Source of the DNA: Minisyncoccota bacterium
GTDB taxonomy: Bacteria > Patescibacteriota > Minisyncoccia > Phycocordibacterales > PALSA-1337
Direction: 5' to 3'
NCBI GenBank assembly: GCA_035495115.1
Contig: DATJGJ010000007.1
Span: 3,136 to 67,135 of the forward strand
Length of the DNA: 64,000 nucleotides
Shown here: one piece after another, positions 41,767 through 50,186 of the stretch
Position numbering within the stretch: position 1 is the stretch's first letter
How the letters are laid out: each line of letters opens with the position of its first letter
The notes under the pieces: generated by a model
Told to the model about the DNA's origin: nothing
Database searches by the model: none
Seen by the model: the letters and a program-made list of their open reading frames with translations, nothing else
Position numbers and translations under genes: made by a program

Positions 41767-42147
41767 TCAGTGCAATCCCGTAAAGAGAAGGACGTGTTTG
41801 TAGTAATCAAACTTGATCGGATATTCAGGGTCTCTGGGCAGATATTGAGGAAAACGTTTATAGAATTCCCGCCACCGACAAACAAGATTTATCTCATAGG
41901 GTGTGACTTTTCCAAAATCCCACGCCAGGAGAAATTCATGCCTGAACCAGCTCATAATCTGAGGATCAAATACAGCCGATGGGTGATCTGGCTCTGAACG
42001 AACCCAAAGTTCGTGCCACCAGAATCGAAACCCAATATGTCCAGCACTGCACAGTATAATGTCCAGTTGTCTGAACCATTCAAACTCTTCAAGAAATTCA
42101 CATAAGTCGCGAATAACCGAAGGCTCATCATATTTTTTAAGCTTCAT
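41767..42147 (-). CDS. Hypothetical protein (orphan)
   Basis: GAAAGGG SD-like site; aromatic-rich 126-aa ORF; terminator 41731-41759. Confidence 0.5.
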   Translation of the reverse strand: MKLKKYDEPSVIRDLCEFLEEFEWFRQLDIILCSAGHIGFRFWWHELWVRSEPDHPSAVFDPQIMSWFRHEFLLAWDFGKVTPYEINLVCRWREFYKRFPQYLPRDPEYPIKFDYYKHVLLFTGLH

Positions 42148-42334
42148 TGCTTTCCCTTTCCTAATTTAAGGTTTATTTGCTGGGGACACAATATCACCAT
42201 AATAACCTTCTGTATAGGCCTATTTTTGCTCCACCATTTCTATTGACTTTTATTATATTTCATGCTATATTGCACCTAACCGCCCTTTCAAATAAACAAT
42301 GTGACGTCGCAAGACGCATGGAGGAAAATTCGCT

Positions 42335-43048
42335 ATGGAATATCTAAAAAAACTGCAGTCGCTGATGCAACTACTGCAAGAGCATTATGTCGGCATCTTA
42401 GTCACGGTTGGCACACTTTTTGCCCTGCTGATCGTCATCACGGTCATCTTGTCAATTCTTAACAAAGTGCTACCGAATCTAAAGCTGGAAAGCTGGAGAT
42501 TTGTCGGGCCGTTCGTCAAAATGTATCGCGCCTACAAAAAGCGCAAGTATCTCTTGCGCCGCAAAACAGAGTTCGACATGGCCAGAGACGCGGCCGTAGA
42601 TAAGTTTAAAGCAGATAAGCTCCAAGAAGCCATCGTGGCCAAAGCAGAAAAAAGACTTGAGAAGCAGGCCGACAACAAGCGCAAAAAAGAATCCATGAAA
42701 GAGGAATTCGAACGGCTGTTTGGTTTTCCTCCTGAGGAACTCTTCAGAAGAAGTCCGAAGCAGGCTTCACGGATCGATGCGGTAATGCGAAATCTAACCG
42801 CACGTGCCGATTATCTCATCAAGATCGAAATGATGGATCCATCAGCCAAAAAGAAGGCGCTCTCTGATCCTCTGGATTACGAATACATTAGAATGATGCG
42901 CCTGTTGGAGGCGCTTGTCCCTGATGTAAAAAGCGTCTGCTACTGGTCTCGAGTCCACGAGTTAGCTGAAGGACAAAAAATACTTACGATCGGACAGCCA
43001 GCAAAAGTGCTTCAGATCGAGGATAAACCACTAAAACCGGTTAGCTAG
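42335..43048 (+). CDS. Hypothetical single-TM coiled-coil protein (orphan)
   Basis: TTGACT-N17-TATATT promoter, GGAGG SD, terminator 43061-43092. Confidence 0.7.
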   Translation: MEYLKKLQSLMQLLQEHYVGILVTVGTLFALLIVITVILSILNKVLPNLKLESWRFVGPFVKMYRAYKKRKYLLRRKTEFDMARDAAVDKFKADKLQEAIVAKAEKRLEKQADNKRKKESMKEEFERLFGFPPEELFRRSPKQASRIDAVMRNLTARADYLIKIEMMDPSAKKKALSDPLDYEYIRMMRLLEALVPDVKSVCYWSRVHELAEGQKILTIGQPAKVLQIEDKPLKPVS

Positions 43049-43110
43049 TCTTCAGACACAAAGCCCGCAACGTAATGTCGCGGGCTTTTTTTATTGTTTA
43101 TTTGCATTAT

Positions 43111-43300
43111 TATCGACCTCACTCATTCACTGCGTTCATTCGCTGCGGGCGATCGAGGAATCGAGTCTTACAGACTCGGTACAGTCTTCGCATCGTACTC
43201 GCTCCGCTCCGTGCGATATGCTCAGACTTTTCGATTCCTCGACGCGAGGCAAGCAGTTGCCTCGCTATCAACCTCACTCATTCACTGCGTTCATTCGCTG
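43111..43300 (-). repeat. tRNA-linked structured element, copy 2 (Trp), plus start of a second unit
   Basis: 54-bp direct repeat 43111-43164 / 43266-43319 (1 mismatch, period 155); hairpin 43244-43265; antisense T-arm 43230-43242; core 43163-43232. Confidence 0.85.
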
Positions 43301-43371
43301 CGGGCGATCGAGGAATCGAACCTCGGACAGCGGTTTTGGAGACCGCAGTTATGCCACTTAACTAATCGCCC
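43301..43371 (-). tRNA. tRNA-Trp(CCA)
   Basis: Acceptor GGGCGAT/ATCGCCC; GCGGT-CTCCAAA-ACCGC; CGAGG-TTCGATT-CCTCG. Confidence 0.93.
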
Positions 43372-43524
43372 GAATTTTGCATCTCAAAATTCGGATCGAA
43401 AGACTTTTTTGCTGCGTAGCAGCGGAAAAGTTTTCGACCAGAATTTCTGCTAATCTCGGTTCTCACATACTAACCTCTTTTTACCTCTTATGCAAAAAGA
43501 AAACCGGCTGGAGCCGGCTTATCT

Positions 43525-43680
43525 TTATTTCTTCGCCTCCTTGAAGACGACGTGCTTGCGCAATTTTGCGCTGTACTTCTTGTACTCTATCTTGCGTTCA
43601 ACAAGCTTCTTGTTCTTGCGGGTCCAGTAGGTCTCGCCTGTTGTCTTATTCTTGAGTTGTATAAGTGATTTCTGTGACAT
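43525..43680 (-). CDS. rpmG: 50S ribosomal protein L33 (zinc-free type)
   Basis: YWTRKNKK...IEYKKYS..LRKHVVFKE; start reset to ATG 43680. Confidence 0.9.
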   Translation of the reverse strand: MSQKSLIQLKNKTTGETYWTRKNKKLVERKIEYKKYSAKLRKHVVFKEAKK

Positions 43681-43805
43681 GGAAGTATTAAAATATGTCG
43701 CCATACTATAGCGTAAAGGCATAAAAACTGCAAGGTCTACCCTTCGGAAATAAAAAAACCGCGAAAGCTTGGGAGCTAACGCGGTTTGTGAGTAACATAT
43801 ACAGT

Positions 43806-44864
43806 TTATTGGTTTATCGGAGCAGCACCTTTTTCGCTGCCACCACCATAGTCGCCGGTGTTGAGCAAATTGCCCTTGTCGAACTTATTCCATGTGAAGT
43901 ATGCGCGACCCACATCCCCACGAGCAAACTTACACTCCGTCGGCCGATCAGCGTTGAAAACAATGGTCTTGTGGGTCTTGTGAACACCGTCCACAAAGTC
44001 AACTTCCATAGTCAACGGGCGCTCGGTGTCGGTTACACCATTTTGATCTTGAAACACTCCCATCACATCAAACGTGATGCGTGATGGGTTCTTCACTTCA
44101 ATATAAACCGATGGGTCATTGTTTTGTTCCACAATCTTGATCGAAGTCCTTGCCCGCGTAGCATGCAACACGTAGTGGCCCGGGATTTTCCATTTATGTC
44201 CCGTAGGTGCCGGTTTGGTAGAGACAGGCTTCGGCTTCGACAACTGATTTGTCGTTGAGCTGCCATCAAGGTAATGAACCACAAAGTTACCGTTTTCACT
44301 ACCCGCAAGCCACATACTGAGACACGGATGACCATTAACCACACTTTGTTGTAGTGTATATGCAACCGTGCCATCAGGACGCAAAGCGTCTACCTGTGCC
44401 GAACTTGCATTGTTGATCATGAGCAACGGGATATTTTGCATCCATATGAGGTGGTAATCCGGATTCGTCCCGAATGGATAAACCGTATACCCAGACATAA
44501 GGTAGTTGTAAGACCCCCATTGAGTCATTTCACCTTCGGTGATGAAAATCTGATCACCGATCATGTCATTGGTGTTGATGCCAATGAAAGATAAGTCAGT
44601 AGAAAACAAGCTGTCCAAAATGGCTTCAGCTCCATGTTCACTGACCGCATCCGTGTAGGGACGACTGGGGGATGAATTGGCATATGCTTGGCGCCAGCCG
44701 AACTGGGCGATGCTCAAGCCATAATTGCGCAATTGCGCCTGTGAGTAGATCGGAAGATTGGTAGACATTTGTTGACCAATCGCATCCGTGAGGAGTGAGA
44801 AGAACGTGCACACGACCGTGAGCACAACCATGATTGTTTTCATATGTTTTTCCGTTTCTGGCAT
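43806..44864 (-). CDS. Hypothetical secreted protein (orphan)
   Basis: Signal peptide; terminator 43752-43787. Confidence 0.7.
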   Translation of the reverse strand: MPETEKHMKTIMVVLTVVCTFFSLLTDAIGQQMSTNLPIYSQAQLRNYGLSIAQFGWRQAYANSSPSRPYTDAVSEHGAEAILDSLFSTDLSFIGINTNDMIGDQIFITEGEMTQWGSYNYLMSGYTVYPFGTNPDYHLIWMQNIPLLMINNASSAQVDALRPDGTVAYTLQQSVVNGHPCLSMWLAGSENGNFVVHYLDGSSTTNQLSKPKPVSTKPAPTGHKWKIPGHYVLHATRARTSIKIVEQNNDPSVYIEVKNPSRITFDVMGVFQDQNGVTDTERPLTMEVDFVDGVHKTHKTIVFNADRPTECKFARGDVGRAYFTWNKFDKGNLLNTGDYGGGSEKGAAPINQ

Positions 44865-45034
44865 TGTTCAGTCACAACCATACACCCTTCCGCGTTGTGC
44901 GAAGAGTTAAACTGTATATGCTTGTAAAAGAACAAAAGAGCGTAATTGCCCTATTTGTTATGAAACTATATTAGCACACTACATCACATATGTCAATATG
45001 GCTGGATAGTGCTGAGAAGCGTAGAATTAGAGCC

Positions 45035-46273
45035 ATGAATATACTCACGTGGGCTTCCCGTAAGCGTTTCCCCTATGAACCGCTCATCAAGGTCGAAATA
45101 TCGAAAAATCACCTCATTCATAACCTGCATGAGTTCAGAAAACTAGCCCCAAAAGACTCAAGCGGATTCGCTCTTGTTGCACCGGTGCTCAAAAGCAATG
45201 CCTATGGACACGGCATGTGCGAGATTGCTCAAATACTTCAGCACGAACAGCACATACCCTTTTGCATCGTCGACTCATATTTTGAGGCGATTGCTCTACG
45301 AGCAAAAGGATTCGCTTTACCTCTTTTGATTATCGGATACACCAGACCTGAAACTATACGTTCTTCCAACCTTACTGATGTCGCATTTACCATCACCAGT
45401 CTCGATACACTCCGCATCATCGCAGAACAAAAGACAGAGCGCTGGCCATCAACTGAGGGACGACTTGGTTTTCGATCGCCGAACTTTCGTTTTCGACCAA
45501 AGCTTGTGCACATACATCTCAAGATAGATACCGGTATGAATCGTCAAGGTATCCTACCAAGCGAAGTTGAAGAAGCTATCAATCTCATACAACACGACAG
45601 TGCCGGCAAGCGTCCCGTCGTGCTCGAAGGCATATGTTCACACCTCAGCGATGCTGATAATGCAGATGAGACATTCACTGAATCCCAGACTCATCTATGG
45701 AATAAGATCGTGGAACGATTTCGTCACGACTTCAAAACGCTCAAATACATCCATCTCGCAGCAACCGACGGACATCGCTTCACCCATGACATAGCCGCCA
45801 ACGTATCTCGTCTCGGTATCGGCCTCTATGGCCTTTCAGAAAATGAGCAGCTCAACCGTAAGCTCGCCCTCATGCCTGTGCTTGAAATGAAAACTATCAT
45901 TACCGGCATCAAACACATCAAAGAAGGAGATACCGTAGGATATGGCAATACCTTCAAAGCCCAAAAAGATATGACGATTGCCACGATACCTGTCGGATAC
46001 TATGAGGGCATCGATCGTAGGCTCTCAAACATAGGCAGCATACTCGTCGGCCTACAGCGTGCGCCGTGTCCGATCATTGGACGCGTCAGTATGAATATAG
46101 TCATCATCGATGTGTCGAAGATGCATGATCTCAAAATCGGTGACGAAGTTGTCGCTATCAGTGGAAAAAGCACGGATGAAAACTCAGTAGTGGGCATGGC
46201 GAAAAAATGCGGCACTATTTCATATGAGATAGCTGTGCATATACCTGCGCAATTGAAGAGAGTTGTAGTATAA
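45035..46273 (+). CDS. alr: Alanine racemase
   Basis: VLKSNAYGHG (PLP lysine), HLKIDTGMNRQG, RLGIGLYG, IIGRVSMN, TISYEI. Confidence 0.95.
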   Translation: MNILTWASRKRFPYEPLIKVEISKNHLIHNLHEFRKLAPKDSSGFALVAPVLKSNAYGHGMCEIAQILQHEQHIPFCIVDSYFEAIALRAKGFALPLLIIGYTRPETIRSSNLTDVAFTITSLDTLRIIAEQKTERWPSTEGRLGFRSPNFRFRPKLVHIHLKIDTGMNRQGILPSEVEEAINLIQHDSAGKRPVVLEGICSHLSDADNADETFTESQTHLWNKIVERFRHDFKTLKYIHLAATDGHRFTHDIAANVSRLGIGLYGLSENEQLNRKLALMPVLEMKTIITGIKHIKEGDTVGYGNTFKAQKDMTIATIPVGYYEGIDRRLSNIGSILVGLQRAPCPIIGRVSMNIVIIDVSKMHDLKIGDEVVAISGKSTDENSVVGMAKKCGTISYEIAVHIPAQLKRVVV

Positions 46274-46337
46274 GCCGTACCAGCTCAATGCTTTGAGTTT
46301 TTCAGACGAACGTGATATTCTCTAGGAGTTCTCTTAT

Positions 46338-46424
46338 GCGCCGGTGGTAGAGCGGTCAATTACAACAGACTGTAAATCTGTCGCCCTATGGGCTCCGTAG
46401 GTTCAAATCCTACCCGGCGCACCA
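46338..46424 (+). tRNA. tRNA-Tyr(GTA)
   Basis: Acceptor GCGCCGG/CCGGCGC; ACAGA-CTGTAAA-TCTGT; variable arm; TTCAAAT; encoded CCA. Confidence 0.95.
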
Positions 46425-46460
46425 AATAAAAATAAGCCATTAGGCTTATTTTTGTTTGGT
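46421..46460. terminator. Terminator-like hairpin that includes the tRNA-Tyr ACCA end
   Basis: ACCAAATAAAAATAAGCC-atta-GGCTTATTTTTGTTTGGT. Confidence 0.7.
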
Positions 46461-46579
46461 CAGCGAGCAATGCACCTACGTGCATTGCGAGGTAGGATTT
46501 GAAAAGTCTGAGTATATGGCGCGGAACGAAGTGAGCACCATACGAAGACTGTACAGATTCCGTAGGAATCAAATCCTAC
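46461..46579 (+). repeat. tRNA-linked structured element, copy 3 (Tyr)
   Basis: Starts CAGCGA; hairpin 46467-46488; antisense T-arm GGTAGGATTTGAA 46491-46503; core 46501-46570; TCAAATCCTAC copy 46569-46579. Confidence 0.85.
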
Positions 46580-49281
46580 TTCGCCATAGCTGCATCCGAC
46601 ATCACCACTGAACTCTCTTGCTTGCCTCTTTTTTTCTTTACATCAAAAGTAAACTCGCTTTCCTTGCCGACAGATTCTTTTACATCAACCGTTATAGCGC
46701 CGCCTTTATTGAGCTCCTGACCAATGATGAGCTTCGCAACTGGCGTAAGGATCTTGTTCTGGATCAAACGCTTGAGAGGACGCGCGCCATACTGAGGATT
46801 GTAGCCTTCTTTTGCCAGATATTCATATGCCTCAGGCTTGAGGATGAGCTCAATGCCCTTTTCTGACAAGCGCTTGACCACTTCGGCCACCTGGATCTGC
46901 ACGATCTCTTTGATAGCTTCAGGCGAAAGAACATCGAAGATGATGATATCATCGAGACGATTCAAGAACTCCGGACGGAAATGCTCTTTGAGCGATGTCA
47001 TGACTTTTTCTTTTGCCTGATTGTAGTTCGCCTTATCGCGATTTGTACCATCTGTATGTGGACTTGCAAAACCGAGCTTTTCCATCTTTTCTATATGCTG
47101 CGAACCAATGTTAGATGTCATGATGATGACTGTATTGCGGAAGTTGACGATACGACCCTTGCTGTCAGTCAAACGACCGTTATCGAGAACCTGCAGGAGT
47201 ATATTGAATACTTCAGGATGCGCCTTTTCGATCTCATCAAAAAGAATGACGGAGTATGGACGATGACGCACCGTCTCAGTGATGTTGCTTCCTTCATCAT
47301 GACCGACATATCCTGGAGGCGCACCGATGAGCTTTGAGACGGAATGCTTTTCCATAAATTCAGACATGTCGACGCGAATGAGTGACTTTTCATCGTTGAA
47401 CATGAACTCAGCGAGCGTCTTGGTGAGAGCGGTTTTACCGACACCAGTAGGTCCCAAGAAAATAAATGAGCCAATCGGACGATTTGGGTCAGCGATACCC
47501 GCACGTGAACGACGGATCGTATCGGCAATCTTGGTGACTGCTTCGTCTTGACCGACGATCTTTTTCTTGAGGTCTTCTTCCATACGGACGAGTTTGACGG
47601 CCTCTGATTCGAGCATGCGGGATACAGGGATACCGGTCCAACGAGAAACGACTGCGGCGATATCCTCAGCCACGATCTCTTCTTTGAGAATACGACGAGA
47701 CGATTGGAGCTTCTTCAAACGCTTTGACTTTTGTTCGAGTTCTTTTTCAAGAGCAGGCAGTTTGCCATAGCGGATCTCAGCCGCTTTGACAAGGTCAGCG
47801 CGCGCTTCGACCATCTCTGCCTCCATACGGAGAGCTTCAAGCTCTTTTTTGATGCGCTTGATATCGGTGATAGTGTCTTTTTCATTTTTCCACTTGAGCT
47901 CAAGCTCTGACGTGCCCTCTTTGAGGTTTGCAATCTCTTCTTCTATCTTTTCTTTGCGATTCTTCGCCTCTTTTCCTGTTTCCTTTTTCAATGCTTCCCG
48001 TTCAATTTCCAAACGCATAATCTTACGACGAGTCTCCTCAAGCTCAGCTGGCATATTCTCGAGAGAAATGCGCAAGCTCGAAGCAGCCTCATCTATGAGA
48101 TCAACGACTTTGTCTGGCAAGAATCTGTCAGTGATATAGCGACTTGCGAGAGTAACCGCTGCGACGATAGCATCGTCAGTGATATGGACGCCATGAAAGA
48201 GCTCATATTTCTCTTTGAGGCCACGAAGGATAGCGATAGCATCTTCAACTGATGGTTCTTGTACGAAAACTGGCTGGAAACGACGGGTGAGCGCCGGGTC
48301 TTTTTCGATATGCTTTTGGTATTCGCGGAGCGTTGTTGCGCCGATAGCGCGAAGTTCGCCGCGCGCAAGAGCTGGTTTGAGCATATTTGAAGCGTCCATA
48401 GAGCCCTCAGAGGCTCCGGCACCTACGAGCGTATGTATTTCATCGATAAAGAGGATGATCTTTCCTTCTGAACGCTCAATTTCTTTCAAAATATTCTTGA
48501 GACGCTCTTCAAACTCGCCGCGATACTTGGTACCAGCGATGAGCGAACCGAGGTCGAGTGAGACAAGCTCTTTGTCTTTGAGCGACTCCGGCACATCACC
48601 TTGAGCCATACGAAGAGCGAGACCTTCAACGATGGCTGTTTTTCCAACACCTGCTTCACCTATCAGAATAGGATTGTTCTTGGTGCGGCGTGAAAGAATC
48701 TGTATGATGCGCATGATCTCGGCATCGCGACCGATGACAGGGTCAAGTTTATTTTCATTGGCAAGACGAGTGAGGCTGCGCGCATACTTGTATAGGGTAC
48801 GGAATTTCTTTGGTTGATTGTCTTGGAGCGTCGGACTCTTCTTGAGCTGTTCGATGATCTTGGTGACATTATCACGATCAATCTTGAAACGGCCGAGGAT
48901 GTCGCGCGCGACACATGGTATATCAAAAATAGATAGGAAAATGTGTTCCGTCGAAATGAACTCGTCTTTAAAATTTTCAGCGACCTTTACTGAATTATCC
49001 AAAATCTGAGCGAGGTCTGGCGTAAGATATATTTGATATGAAGGAGAGAGGACGTTAGACCCTTCGCCACCCTCGATATTTTCCAATACAACATCCGTGA
49101 GCACCTGAGTATCGACTTCCATTTTGTCCAAAATCGATGCAACCATGCTCTCTTCTTGGAGAATGAGCGCACAGAGGAGATGAACCGGATTGACGTGATT
49201 TTGACCACGCTCAATAGCGAGCTCATGGGCTCTACGCAAGGCTTCTCGGGCTTTTGTAGTGAGTTTGTTGATTGGAGGCAT
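46576..49281 (-). CDS. clpB: ATP-dependent chaperone ClpB
   Basis: N-domain, two AAA+ modules ([16 protein letters not shown]), long M-domain coiled coil, GARPLKR. Confidence 0.93.
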   Translation of the reverse strand: MPPINKLTTKAREALRRAHELAIERGQNHVNPVHLLCALILQEESMVASILDKMEVDTQVLTDVVLENIEGGEGSNVLSPSYQIYLTPDLAQILDNSVKVAENFKDEFISTEHIFLSIFDIPCVARDILGRFKIDRDNVTKIIEQLKKSPTLQDNQPKKFRTLYKYARSLTRLANENKLDPVIGRDAEIMRIIQILSRRTKNNPILIGEAGVGKTAIVEGLALRMAQGDVPESLKDKELVSLDLGSLIAGTKYRGEFEERLKNILKEIERSEGKIILFIDEIHTLVGAGASEGSMDASNMLKPALARGELRAIGATTLREYQKHIEKDPALTRRFQPVFVQEPSVEDAIAILRGLKEKYELFHGVHITDDAIVAAVTLASRYITDRFLPDKVVDLIDEAASSLRISLENMPAELEETRRKIMRLEIEREALKKETGKEAKNRKEKIEEEIANLKEGTSELELKWKNEKDTITDIKRIKKELEALRMEAEMVEARADLVKAAEIRYGKLPALEKELEQKSKRLKKLQSSRRILKEEIVAEDIAAVVSRWTGIPVSRMLESEAVKLVRMEEDLKKKIVGQDEAVTKIADTIRRSRAGIADPNRPIGSFIFLGPTGVGKTALTKTLAEFMFNDEKSLIRVDMSEFMEKHSVSKLIGAPPGYVGHDEGSNITETVRHRPYSVILFDEIEKAHPEVFNILLQVLDNGRLTDSKGRIVNFRNTVIIMTSNIGSQHIEKMEKLGFASPHTDGTNRDKANYNQAKEKVMTSLKEHFRPEFLNRLDDIIIFDVLSPEAIKEIVQIQVAEVVKRLSEKGIELILKPEAYEYLAKEGYNPQYGARPLKRLIQNKILTPVAKLIIGQELNKGGAITVDVKESVGKESEFTFDVKKKRGKQESSVVMSDAAMAK

Positions 49282-49361
49282 GTGAAAATAATAGTACAAA
49301 AATTGATAATTGGCAATCCACTCCATGAACGCGCAGTGTATTCAGTTATCTCGACTCTGGT

Positions 49362-49386
49362 GACGTAATAAAACAATTAATATTAC
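49362..49386 (-). promoter_or_regulatory. Putative ECF promoter upstream of clpB
   Basis: Minus strand GTAATAttaattgttttatTACGTC. Confidence 0.6.
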
Positions 49387-49400
49387 TGACGTACAGCTTC

Positions 49401-50150
49401 TTACAATACGTTTGAGGCAGGCATGAGTGGTGCAATGAGATGAAATGCTGTATCTGTCTGTATGCCTACTATATTGCCCTGGATATCGAATAGTGGACTG
49501 CCTGGCATATTTTTTGCTTCAGCGGCTATAGATGTACTCACCGTGCTTGTGCCGATCTGTTCTATCAAACCATCGCTCAGTGATAATTGTGGCGCATATC
49601 CCAGTGAAAATATCTTTTGTCCAACTGAATAGGTATTTGTCGCTCGAATCGGCGTGAACATGACCGGAAGTCCATTTACCAAGTTTGTCGTCGGCGTCAG
49701 AAATATGACGCTCGTGTCTGTTTGACTACTTGCTTGCGTCGGATAGAGCGTATTTAGCGTAAGCGAAACGATTGATCCATCAGCGAGCACTGCTTCATAG
49801 GACTGAGTCGTATCGATGCTATTTTTGGCAGTCATGATCAATCCATTTTTTGACACAATGAGCCCCAAAGCAACAGTGCTACCATTGCCTGCATGCCGTA
49901 TTCTGACTGTACTCGAGGCAACTGCACTAACTGCTGTAGCGACTTGATCTTCGACATTGATAGAGACAACGCCGACCGCAGCGCTTTGCGGAGATGATTG
50001 GATAGTCTTCTCAATGATCTGATTGACGGTATGCGTCACAGTTGGCGCCTGATCCATGAGCGAGACAGTCACAATGCCCGTCGAAAGCGAGGTAACAAAT
50101 GAGACCAGGAGGGTCAGAAGGACGATTTGCTGTTTCGTGAGATGTTCCAT
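49401..50150 (-). CDS. Membrane-anchored trypsin/HtrA-like protein, catalytic residues apparently lost
   Basis: GLIVSKNGLIMTA and GSPLFDIQGNIVGI resemble HtrA, but the catalytic His and the GNSGG Ser are absent. Confidence 0.65.
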   Translation of the reverse strand: MEHLTKQQIVLLTLLVSFVTSLSTGIVTVSLMDQAPTVTHTVNQIIEKTIQSSPQSAAVGVVSINVEDQVATAVSAVASSTVRIRHAGNGSTVALGLIVSKNGLIMTAKNSIDTTQSYEAVLADGSIVSLTLNTLYPTQASSQTDTSVIFLTPTTNLVNGLPVMFTPIRATNTYSVGQKIFSLGYAPQLSLSDGLIEQIGTSTVSTSIAAEAKNMPGSPLFDIQGNIVGIQTDTAFHLIAPLMPASNVL

Positions 50151-50186
50151 GCGAAGCAGTGTACAATAAAATTAACTCTGTGTAAA

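Noticed and set aside
43111-43319. Direct repeats as a possible CRISPR array
   Set aside because: Only two copies, they contain tRNA sequence, the spacing is 155 bp, and there are no cas genes
39968-43319. Leu-to-Trp interval as an integrated island or prophage
   Set aside because: The att-like duplications enclose only about 155 bp each, the interval contains the core gene miaA, and no integrase or phage gene is present
45425-45505. About 20-aa insertion in Alr as another palindromic insert
   Set aside because: Only weak partial complementarity and none of the GNA or tandem-GA hallmarks
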